The notes below the pieces were generated by a model, which was not told where the DNA came from, did no database searches, and saw only the letters and a list, made by a program, of their open reading frames with translations. Of a stretch of 64,000 nt of DNA, positions 1 to 8,808 are shown piece by piece. Origin of the DNA: Minisyncoccota bacterium (GTDB lineage: Bacteria > Patescibacteriota > Minisyncoccia > Phycocordibacterales > UBA9973); assembly GCA_041658325.1 (NCBI GenBank), contig JBBAAI010000003.1:2201-66200 (forward strand). Reading direction: 5' to 3'. The stretch's first letter is position 1; every line of letters begins with the position of its first letter. Both the position numbers and the translations under genes were made by a program.

Positions 1-84
1 AAACAATAAACCCGAACACATATTCTAAACCAGTACGATAAAGTCTTTTGCAAATAGCTTATATTTTAGGTATTATAAGAACAT

Positions 85-2451
85 ATGAAAGAATATGAGC
101 ATTTGAAGCTGGAAAAAAAATGGCAAATACTTTGGGAGAAAAAAGGTATTTATCATGCTCAAAATAACTCTAAAAAACCTAAATATTATAGTTTAATTGA
201 GTTTCCGTATCCTTCTGGAGATGGACTTCATGTTGGACATCCGCGGCCATATATTGGCATGGATATTATTTCTAGAAAAAGAAGAATGGAGGGATTCAAT
301 GTTTTATATCCGATTGGCTGGGATGCCTTCGGTTTGCCGACAGAAAATTATGCGATAAAAACAGGCAAAGATCCGCGAGCAGTTACTAAAAAAAATACTG
401 ATACTTTTCGTCGACAAATAAAATCCTTAGGCGTGTCCTTTGACTGGTCACGAGAAATAAATACTACTGATCCGAAATATTATAAATGGACGCAATGGAT
501 ATTTTTGCAGTTCTTGAAAAAAGGTTTAGCTTATAAAGCTAAAATAGCGATAAATTGGTGTCCAAAAGATAAAACTGGTTTAGCAAATGAAGAAGTTGTC
601 GGTGGTGTTTGTGAGAGATGCGGAACCCCTGTAGAAAAAAGAGAAAAAGAGCAATGGATGCTTGCGATTACTAAATATGCGGAAAAGCTTGATAAGGATT
701 TAGATACGGTAGATTATCTTCCGCAAATAAAATTGGCGCAGAGGAATTGGATAGGGAAGTCCGAAGGGGCGGAGATAGAATTTCTAGTTGGTAAAAAAAT
801 TGTAAAAGTTTTCACTACTCGTCCGGATACAATTTTGGGTGCAACATATTTAGTCCTTGCGCCGGAACATGAATTGGTTCAAAAACTGAAAGATAAAATA
901 AAAAATTGGAATGAAGTTGAAAAATATATTAAAGAAATAAAAAACAAAACAGACATTGAACGTACTGCCGAGGATAAAACAAAAACGGGGGTAGAATTAA
1001 AAGGAATAAAGGCGATAAATCCAGCAAATAAAGAAGAAATTTCCATATGGATAGCTGATTATGTTTTAGCTACCTATGGTACCGGAGCAATAATGGCAGT
1101 ACCAAAGCATGATGAAAGAGACAGAGATTTTGCTCAAAAATACAATTTGCCGATAGTAGATAAACCTCTTGTTGATGCCAAAGAAATAACAAAAAAAGTT
1201 GGGGGGAAAATGGTCGTAAAATTCAAACTTCGCGATTGGGTTTTTTCGCGCCAGCGATATTGGGGAGAACCGATACCGGTTATACATTGTGAAAAGTGCG
1301 GAATTGTTCCTGTGCCGGAAAAGAACTTGCCGGTAGAACTTCCAAAAATAAAAAATTATGAGCCGACAGATAGTGGAGAATCACCATTAGCAAATATTTC
1401 AAAATGGGTGAATACTAAATGTCCAAAATGCAAAGGTAAAGCGAAAAGGGAAACGGACACGATGCCGAACTGGGCAGGTTCAAGTTGGTATTATCTTCGC
1501 TATGCTGATCCAAAAAACAAAAAAGTTTTTGCTGACAAGAAAAATTTAAAATACTGGACACCGGTGGACTGGTATAACGGCGGTAATGAACACACAACAC
1601 TTCATCTTTTATATTCTCGTTTTTGGCATAAATTTTTATACAACGAAGGGCTGGTATCAACTTCTGAACCATATAAAAAGCGCACGGCGCACGGGATGAT
1701 TTTGGGTGAAGGGGGAGTAAAAATGTCTAAGTCACTAGGAAATGTGATTAATCCAGATGAAATTGTAAAAATATACGGTGCAGACACTTTGCGTGTTTAT
1801 GAGATGTTTATGGGTCCATTTAACCAATCTGTCGCTTGGTCCACGGAGAGTATTATTGGTGCGAGAAGATTTATTGAAAAAGTTTGGAGAATTGGCAAAG
1901 GAATTTCAGAAAATCAGAAGAATTTTTCAGGTCCTCGGTTCTCCGAGGCCCCAAACCCCGGCCAGGCCGTTCAAAATTCTTCCGATTTTCTTTCAATAAG
2001 AAAACTTTTCCACAAAACAATTAAAAAAGTCACCGAAGACATAGAAGAGATGCATTTTAATACGGCGATTTCTGCAATGATGATTTTGGCTACGGAAATG
2101 GAAAAAACGGAAAAGATAGAAACAGAAGATTTTAAAAAATTCTTACAAATTTTGTCTCCTTTTGCGCCACACATCACGGAAGAAATCTGGAGTATTTTGG
2201 GAGAAAAAAAATCTATCAATGTTTCTTTGTGGCCCAGATGGGATAAAGATTTAATTCAAGATGAAAATGTGAAAATAGTAGTACAAATAAATGGTAAAGT
2301 TAGAACTGAAATTTTTATAAAATCTGATGAAAAAGAAGAAGAAATAAAGGAACAAACCATTAAAAATGAAGTTGTTTTAAGGTATTTAGCCGGTGGAGAA
2401 GCCAAAAAGATTATTTATGTGAAAAATAGACTTATAAATATTGTTGTTTAG
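85..2451 (+). CDS. leuS: Leucine--tRNA ligase
   Basis: FPYPSGDGLHVGH (HIGH), KMSKS, TTRPDT CP1 motif, RQRYWGEPIP, C-terminal VQINGKVR. Confidence 0.98.
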   Translation: MKEYEHLKLEKKWQILWEKKGIYHAQNNSKKPKYYSLIEFPYPSGDGLHVGHPRPYIGMDIISRKRRMEGFNVLYPIGWDAFGLPTENYAIKTGKDPRAVTKKNTDTFRRQIKSLGVSFDWSREINTTDPKYYKWTQWIFLQFLKKGLAYKAKIAINWCPKDKTGLANEEVVGGVCERCGTPVEKREKEQWMLAITKYAEKLDKDLDTVDYLPQIKLAQRNWIGKSEGAEIEFLVGKKIVKVFTTRPDTILGATYLVLAPEHELVQKLKDKIKNWNEVEKYIKEIKNKTDIERTAEDKTKTGVELKGIKAINPANKEEISIWIADYVLATYGTGAIMAVPKHDERDRDFAQKYNLPIVDKPLVDAKEITKKVGGKMVVKFKLRDWVFSRQRYWGEPIPVIHCEKCGIVPVPEKNLPVELPKIKNYEPTDSGESPLANISKWVNTKCPKCKGKAKRETDTMPNWAGSSWYYLRYADPKNKKVFADKKNLKYWTPVDWYNGGNEHTTLHLLYSRFWHKFLYNEGLVSTSEPYKKRTAHGMILGEGGVKMSKSLGNVINPDEIVKIYGADTLRVYEMFMGPFNQSVAWSTESIIGARRFIEKVWRIGKGISENQKNFSGPRFSEAPNPGQAVQNSSDFLSIRKLFHKTIKKVTEDIEEMHFNTAISAMMILATEMEKTEKIETEDFKKFLQILSPFAPHITEEIWSILGEKKSINVSLWPRWDKDLIQDENVKIVVQINGKVRTEIFIKSDEKEEEIKEQTIKNEVVLRYLAGGEAKKIIYVKNRLINIVV
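1908..1991. repeat. 84-bp palindromic element in frame inside leuS
   Basis: Arms AGAAAATCAGAAGAATTTT (1908-1926) and AAAATTCTTCCGATTTTCT (1973-1991), 18/19 complementary; GC-rich core with CCTCGG-TTCT-CCGAGG hairpin. Confidence 0.8.
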
Positions 2452-2526
2452 TTGTTTTTTAATATAAAGCTATGTATAATTAATCTTTGAACGTGTAGTT
2501 ATTATTTATTAATTTTTAAAAAACTT

Positions 2527-4602
2527 ATGAATTCAAATATTTTTGATAGGCTCTCGTTTTTAACATTGTTTTTAGTTATAGTTTTGTTACCCGTTTTCTT
2601 TTTACCTTTTACCAGTATTCCAGTTGAAATTTCTAAAGGTTTACTCTTGGTTTTAGGACTTTTAGTGTGTGTGATTTTTTGGGCATTGGCTAGATTTTTT
2701 GATGGTAAAATAATTTTACCGAAATCCTGGCTTTTAGTTTCAGGATTTGGAATAGTTTTAGTTTTCTTACTTTCTTCTCTTTTTTCTAAAACGCCTCAAG
2801 TGTCTTTATTTGGAACGATGTTTGATCTTGGTAGTTTTTATTTTATATTTTCTGGTTTTATTTTAATGTTGATGTCTTCTGTTGTTTTTAGAAATCAAAA
2901 AAGAGCAAAAATGGTTTTGTTGGGAACAATACTATCTTCAGCTTTTGTTTTAATTTTCCAAGGTTTTCATTTGTTTATGCCTAAAGTTCTTTCTTTGGGT
3001 GTTTTAGCTGAAAAAACTAGTAATGTTATAGGTTCCTGGAACGCGCTAGGTCTTTTTGCTGGTTTTTCTTGCCTCATGTTTCTTTTAGTAATTGAATTTT
3101 TCCCAATCTCTAAAGTAAGAAAAATTTTGCTAGAAGTATTTATTTTACTTTCAATTCTTTTAGCGGTGGTAATAAATTTCCCATTAGTCTGGGTGCTTCT
3201 TGGAATTTCAAGTTTACTTATCTTTGTTTATAAAGTTTCACTTACTTTTCACAGAGGTGGAGAAGAGGAAGAAAAAAAACAGTTTCCCATAGTTTCTTTT
3301 ATTGTTGTGATAACCTCCTTGTTGTTTTTTCTTTCTGGACAGTTCGTCGGTAATTTTATTCCGAATCGTTTACAGATAGCAAACACTGAAGTGAGTCCTT
3401 TTTTTAGTACGACTATGTCTATAACCAAGGGAGTGTTGATTAAAGACCCCATTTTTGGTATTGGCCCGAACAGATTTGGAGAAGCTTGGGCAATGCATAA
3501 ACCTCTCGCGATAAACACAAATGTAAACGGGAATGATTTTTCAGATATCTATTTTAATTCAGGTTCTGGATTGTTGCCCACTTTTATTGCTACTACCGGA
3601 AGTCTTGGCATTCTCTCTTGGGTTATTTTTTTAGTTTTGTTTTTAATTATTGGAGCGCGATCGGTATTTTCTAGCATTAAAAATGGAGCGAACTGGGAAA
3701 TGATGGCGTTTTTTGTATTATCTCTTTATTTGTTTGTTTCTTCCATATTTTATTCTGGAGGAATAGTGATATTTTTATTATCACTTGCTTTTGCTGGGGT
3801 ATTTATTGGGTTGTATACTTCAAATGAAGACAAAGGAATATTGGTTTCATTTTTAAATGATCATAGGAAAAGTTTTTTTTCCATACTTCTACTTGTGATG
3901 GTTGTAATTTTTTCTGTTATTGCCTCATTTAAATATGTAGAACGCTTTGTTTCTGTATCGTATTTTAAAAAGGCACTTTCGGCGCAAACTATTCCGTTAG
4001 CTCAAGATTATATTGGTAAAGCCCTTTCATTATATTCCAATGATTTATATTTACGTACTTATTCGCAAATATATCTTATGAAATTGAATTCCATCGCTAG
4101 CAAGAACTCAACCTTGTCTGATGTAGATAAGATAGACCTACAAGCAAGTTTTGACCAAGCGGTGAATAGCGCTCAGATGGCAGTGGCTTACGACTCATCA
4201 AATTATCTCAACTTTCAATTACTTGGATCTGTTTATCAAGCAGTCGGGGCGATCGGGGTAAAGGATGCTTATAGTAAAGCAGTTTTAGCTTATCAAAATG
4301 CCTCCAATTTGAATCCACTTAATCCAGGATTAAAACTAGCTGTAGCTAGCGCTTTATTTGCTGAAGAAAAAACAAAAGAAGCGAAAGATTATGCAAATAT
4401 CGCACTTTCTTTAAAGCCAGATTACATTGAAGCTCTCATTACTCTTTCCCAAATAGCAAAAAGTGAAGGTAACAACGCTGAAGCATTGTCTTATGCGCAA
4501 AAAGCCCTCTCGTTCGCCCCTGCTAATAAAAATTTAATAGAATATGTAAATTCTTTTAACACCCCAATTTCTCCTTCTTCCACCAATAAACCTAAACAGT
4601 AG
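2527..4602 (+). CDS. Polytopic membrane protein, O-antigen ligase/Wzy_C-like, with C-terminal TPR repeats
   Basis: Many hydrophobic segments, PIFGIGPNRF loop motif, TPR-like helices (AYQNASNLNPLNP, ALSLKPDY). Confidence 0.7.
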   Translation: MNSNIFDRLSFLTLFLVIVLLPVFFLPFTSIPVEISKGLLLVLGLLVCVIFWALARFFDGKIILPKSWLLVSGFGIVLVFLLSSLFSKTPQVSLFGTMFDLGSFYFIFSGFILMLMSSVVFRNQKRAKMVLLGTILSSAFVLIFQGFHLFMPKVLSLGVLAEKTSNVIGSWNALGLFAGFSCLMFLLVIEFFPISKVRKILLEVFILLSILLAVVINFPLVWVLLGISSLLIFVYKVSLTFHRGGEEEEKKQFPIVSFIVVITSLLFFLSGQFVGNFIPNRLQIANTEVSPFFSTTMSITKGVLIKDPIFGIGPNRFGEAWAMHKPLAINTNVNGNDFSDIYFNSGSGLLPTFIATTGSLGILSWVIFLVLFLIIGARSVFSSIKNGANWEMMAFFVLSLYLFVSSIFYSGGIVIFLLSLAFAGVFIGLYTSNEDKGILVSFLNDHRKSFFSILLLVMVVIFSVIASFKYVERFVSVSYFKKALSAQTIPLAQDYIGKALSLYSNDLYLRTYSQIYLMKLNSIASKNSTLSDVDKIDLQASFDQAVNSAQMAVAYDSSNYLNFQLLGSVYQAVGAIGVKDAYSKAVLAYQNASNLNPLNPGLKLAVASALFAEEKTKEAKDYANIALSLKPDYIEALITLSQIAKSEGNNAEALSYAQKALSFAPANKNLIEYVNSFNTPISPSSTNKPKQ

Positions 4603-4613
4603 ATTTATAACGA

Positions 4614-6293
4614 ATGGAAAAGATTTTACGAATTTTTACTAAAGAATCTGGAAGCATAAATCAAGCCGCTCTTCTTTTAGGTTGTCTGACTTTTTTATCT
4701 CAAATTTTAGCGCTTTTTCGTGATCGTTCTTTTGCTCACTTTATAGGACCATCTCCCGCGCTCGATGCTTATTATGCGGCTTTTCGAGTTCCAGATTTGA
4801 TTTTTATTTCTATAGCATCGCTTGCTTCTATCACAGTGATAATTCCTTTTATCGTCGCTAAGATGGATGGGGACAAGGTGACGCCTGAAGCACGGAAATA
4901 TTTGAATGATATTTTTACAGTTTTCTTTTCTTTAATGGTTTTAGTCGCGCTTATCGCTTTTTTTCTTATGCCGTATTTAACAAATTTTATTGCTCCAGGG
5001 TTTACGCCGTTTTATCAAGCAAAAGTGATTTTACTTTCGCGGATAATGTTGCTTTCGCCGATTTTAATGGGACTTTCAAATCTTTTCGGCACGGTTACTC
5101 AACTTTTCCGTAAATTTTTTATTTATTCTTTAAGTCCAATTTTTTATAATCTAGGAATTATTGTTGGAGTAATATTTTTTTATCCAATTTTTGGAATTTC
5201 TGGTTTAGCAATGGGAGTGGCGCTCGGCGCTCTGATGCATTTTGGAATACAGGCATTAGCTTCACACGGATGTGGTTTTACACCCAAATTTTCATTTTCT
5301 ATTAATTTCAAAGATATAAAAAACGTGGCCTTAACTTCTCTTCCTCGCACATTAGGTCTCGCTTTTAATAACATTTCTCTTATTTTTATAATAGCTCTAG
5401 CTTCCTTTTTAAAGAGTGGTTCTATCTCAGTATTTAATTTTGCGTTTAATCTGCAGTCGGTTCCATTAAATATTATTGGTATATCTTATGCCGTAGCGGC
5501 TTTCCCGACTTTAGCTAAAGCTTTCAGTAATGGCAAAAAAGAGGAATTTAAAAAACACCTAAAAGAAGCTTCTAGGGCAATAGTCTTTTGGTCTTTGCCG
5601 GTGATTTTTCTTTTTATTGTTCTTCGAGCGCAGATCGTTCGTGTTATTCTTGGCTCTGGAACTTTTTCTTGGGATAATACTCGTTTAGTCGCGGCTGGTC
5701 TTGCGATTTTTTCTGTTTCTATTCTTGCTCAAGGAATGATCACTTTGTTATCTCGTTCTTATTATGCTACTGGGAATACCAAGCGTCCACTTATTGTAAA
5801 TTTCTCCTCTTCCATTTTAATAATAATTTTATCTTTTATTTTTATTCGTCTTTTTGAAAATTGGAACTTTTTCCGATATTTTATAGAGTCTTTGCTAAAG
5901 GTGGGGGATATCGCTGGAACAGAAGTATTAATGCTTCCACTTGCATATTCCATAGGAACTATTTTAAATTTTGCGCTACTTTGGATTTTTGTAAAAAAAG
6001 ATTTTATGCCCAATGAGCTTTTTATCACTAAGACTTTTTTCCAAAGTCTGGGCGCGTCATTTTTTTTAGGGCTCATCACTTATTTAAGTCTGAACGTTCT
6101 TTCCCCAGTCTTTGGTACAACTACTTTTTGGGGTGTATTTCTCCAGGGTTTTATTTCTGGGATTTTGGGGATAGCTTCCGCCATTGTGGTTTTATTTTTG
6201 TTAAAGAGTGAAGAGTTAGATGATATTATAAAAACCCTAAAGACCAAATTTTGGCGCGCAAAAATTATTGCTCCTTCTCAAGAAGAACTTTAA
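4614..6293 (+). CDS. murJ: Lipid II flippase MurJ (MviN)
   Basis: LSQILALFRDR, DAYYAAFRVPDLIF, SPIFYNLGII, A(A)FPTL motifs; polytopic. Confidence 0.9.
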   Translation: MEKILRIFTKESGSINQAALLLGCLTFLSQILALFRDRSFAHFIGPSPALDAYYAAFRVPDLIFISIASLASITVIIPFIVAKMDGDKVTPEARKYLNDIFTVFFSLMVLVALIAFFLMPYLTNFIAPGFTPFYQAKVILLSRIMLLSPILMGLSNLFGTVTQLFRKFFIYSLSPIFYNLGIIVGVIFFYPIFGISGLAMGVALGALMHFGIQALASHGCGFTPKFSFSINFKDIKNVALTSLPRTLGLAFNNISLIFIIALASFLKSGSISVFNFAFNLQSVPLNIIGISYAVAAFPTLAKAFSNGKKEEFKKHLKEASRAIVFWSLPVIFLFIVLRAQIVRVILGSGTFSWDNTRLVAAGLAIFSVSILAQGMITLLSRSYYATGNTKRPLIVNFSSSILIIILSFIFIRLFENWNFFRYFIESLLKVGDIAGTEVLMLPLAYSIGTILNFALLWIFVKKDFMPNELFITKTFFQSLGASFFLGLITYLSLNVLSPVFGTTTFWGVFLQGFISGILGIASAIVVLFLLKSEELDDIIKTLKTKFWRAKIIAPSQEEL

Positions 6294-6308
6294 AACTCAG
6301 AGGCCTCT

Positions 6309-6317
6309 TTATCCACA
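6309..6317 (+). promoter_or_regulatory. Perfect DnaA box
   Basis: TTATCCACA in intergenic region upstream of the surface-protein operon. Confidence 0.5.
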
Positions 6318-6406
6318 GTATTTTTCTTTTATTCTTTTATTATGAGGATTATCCTGATATAATATATAAGTCTTGATTCAAGCTTTGAGTTAAGAAAAAG
6401 ATAAAA

Positions 6407-8407
6407 ATGCTAGAAAAAAAAAGCAGATCAAAATTAATTCTATTTAGGTTTTTTATTGTTGTCTTGTTGTTGTTTTTTGGCACTAAATTAGTTTTTGCAT
6501 CTGAAACAAATGGAATAATTGACGGAAATTATAAATACGCTTGGGGTGAAAATATTGGTTGGATTAATTTTGGTTGTGATAATTGCAATGTTAATGTTAC
6601 CGATGATGGTCTTTCGGGATATGCTTGGAGTACACAATATGGTTGGATAAATTTAGATCCAACTACTTCGGGAGTTCAAAATAACGGGCAAGGACTGCTC
6701 TCTGGTTATGCTTGGAGTCCAAATCTTGGTTGGATTAATTTTAACGGAGTTACGATATCCTCTAATGGATATTTTTTAGGTTATGCAACGATAGAATCTG
6801 ATAGTAGCCAAATTAATTTTAATTGCACCAATGCAGATTCTTGTAGTGGGGCAGATTTTAAAGTAAAAACTGATTGGAAACCAGCCAGCGCTAGACAGTC
6901 AGGAGGTAGTGGGGCTGGAGGTTCTGGTTTCCCTGTACCGCCAAATCCACCACCCGTCGTTCCTCCCACCATTCCTCCTGTTGTTCCACCAACAATTGTA
7001 AATGTAGTGGTGGATAATATCTCAGAAACCATAAATTCTATTTCTGATTCTTTTTTTAATTTATTTCAACCACAAAATAAACCTGAAAATACAATAGTTG
7101 AGATTCCTAAAATAGCGCCACTTTCATTAAAGGTGTTGTGGAATCTTTTGCCCAGAAAAGCCATAAAAGAATTTGTCTTTGCGCCGTTGCCATACGAAGT
7201 CCGTGTACTAGCTTCTAAATTTCCAGAACTCGACAGAACACTCAAAAGTGTCGGCATAAAAAGATTAACTGATATGAGTAAATTAAGTGGGGTAACTCTC
7301 AACCTTCCCGGACTTACGGAACTTACCAACACACTTAGAAATGTTGGGGCAGAAAGATTGGCTGGGGTAGATAAATTAAATAGCGTAAATTTCGATATTC
7401 CCGGGCTTTCTAATTTAGATGAAAAAATGGTAAATAATATTGGTGTAAACATAGGTACAGGGAAAATTTCCCTTATAAAAGGATTGCCGTTAACAAAATT
7501 TTCTCTGCTGGAAAAGAAAAACCTACCATCCGAATTCGTATTTGCTCGAACGAATGGTGAGCTTATTGATTTGAATGTAGCGATGTCAGTTAGTGAAAAA
7601 GGGGAAGTAACTCAAAAAATATCTTCTTTACCTGGCAAGACATTACGATTTGTGGTAAAGCCGATCAGCAAAGCTAGAAGCGTAACTGGTTATTTTATAT
7701 TTAAATCGGCCACACCTAAAATCACACAAAATCAAATTCCTCGATCTTCTCTCACTGCCTCGGCGCTATTTTCAATGAGTGGCTTAGTTGAAAAAACTTC
7801 CAAGTCTGTTCCCGTGGAAAATAAATTAGTGCTTTCTTCGTTTGAATACACTGACCTAGATCACGACGGAATATACACGGCTGACGTTGTTTCTCCTTCA
7901 GTGCCCGGTGAATATGAAGTTATCACTGTCATTGATTATTTAGATCCAGTACTCGGGGCTCGCCAAATGAGAATGATAACCGTTATTGACCCAGAAGGAT
8001 ATGTTTTTGAAAAAAATAACGGCAAAGAGACTCGTATTCCGTCAGCTATTATATCTCTTTATTCATTAAATAATTTAACTAAAAAATATGAGCTTTGGGT
8101 CGCGAAAGATTATCAACAGGAAAACCCGCAAATAACAGACGTTAGGGGAACTTATTCGTTTTTAGTGCCAGAAGGTTCCTATTATTTCCAGATAGAGGCA
8201 CCAGGCTATGATTTTTATCAAGGAAAAGCATTTGTTGTCGTAGAGGGAAGTGGAATCCACCAAAACATAGAATTAAAATCCAGCCGAGGGTGGTTTTCTG
8301 TATTTGACTGGAAAACCGTTCTTTTGATTGTCGTGTTATTATTATTAGTGTATAATTTATATCGTAATACCCTGCGAGATAAATTATTAAAATTTTCAAA
8401 CAAATGA
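6407..8407 (+). CDS. Secreted/membrane-anchored protein with three YAW..(G)WIN repeats, Pro-rich linker and carboxypeptidase-regulatory-like beta-sandwich domain
   Basis: Signal peptide; YAWGENIGWINF/YAWSTQYGWINL/YAWSPNLGWINF; PPVV/PPTI linker; IDPEGYVFE...QENPQITDVRGTYSFLVPEGSYY; C-terminal TM. Confidence 0.7.
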   Translation: MLEKKSRSKLILFRFFIVVLLLFFGTKLVFASETNGIIDGNYKYAWGENIGWINFGCDNCNVNVTDDGLSGYAWSTQYGWINLDPTTSGVQNNGQGLLSGYAWSPNLGWINFNGVTISSNGYFLGYATIESDSSQINFNCTNADSCSGADFKVKTDWKPASARQSGGSGAGGSGFPVPPNPPPVVPPTIPPVVPPTIVNVVVDNISETINSISDSFFNLFQPQNKPENTIVEIPKIAPLSLKVLWNLLPRKAIKEFVFAPLPYEVRVLASKFPELDRTLKSVGIKRLTDMSKLSGVTLNLPGLTELTNTLRNVGAERLAGVDKLNSVNFDIPGLSNLDEKMVNNIGVNIGTGKISLIKGLPLTKFSLLEKKNLPSEFVFARTNGELIDLNVAMSVSEKGEVTQKISSLPGKTLRFVVKPISKARSVTGYFIFKSATPKITQNQIPRSSLTASALFSMSGLVEKTSKSVPVENKLVLSSFEYTDLDHDGIYTADVVSPSVPGEYEVITVIDYLDPVLGARQMRMITVIDPEGYVFEKNNGKETRIPSAIISLYSLNNLTKKYELWVAKDYQQENPQITDVRGTYSFLVPEGSYYFQIEAPGYDFYQGKAFVVVEGSGIHQNIELKSSRGWFSVFDWKTVLLIVVLLLLVYNLYRNTLRDKLLKFSNK

Positions 8408-8772
8408 TGATAGAAAATGAAAAGCGTTTTGTGGTCATATTTATTGTAATACTCGTTATCAGCAATGTATTTTTTGCTTACAAGTTTTTTTCCTTCTCTA
8501 AAGAATTAGAAACAATAAAATCTAATCAGGTAAAAGTTGAATTAAACCAAAAAATAATTAACTTTGCTTCAATGTTTATTAAAAAAGTATTACAAGCAGA
8601 AAAAGAAGTTGATTTTGAAACGAGGCTTTCACTTGAGAATGCGGTGCGTGATTTGAAAGACGAAGAAGTGATGGCCGAATGGCAAAATTTCACTGCGAGT
8701 AAAACAGAAGCAGATGCGCAGAATAGCGTGAAAAAGCTCTTAGGTATTTTGATAACCAAAATCCAGAAGTAA
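8404..8772 (+). CDS. Hypothetical protein with N-terminal membrane anchor
   Basis: ATGA overlap with upstream gene; N-terminal TM then helical domain. Confidence 0.75.
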   Translation: MMIENEKRFVVIFIVILVISNVFFAYKFFSFSKELETIKSNQVKVELNQKIINFASMFIKKVLQAEKEVDFETRLSLENAVRDLKDEEVMAEWQNFTASKTEADAQNSVKKLLGILITKIQK

Positions 8773-8808
8773 ATTTTGAAATAAGTCGTATTTGATTGTT
8801 TGAAAATT

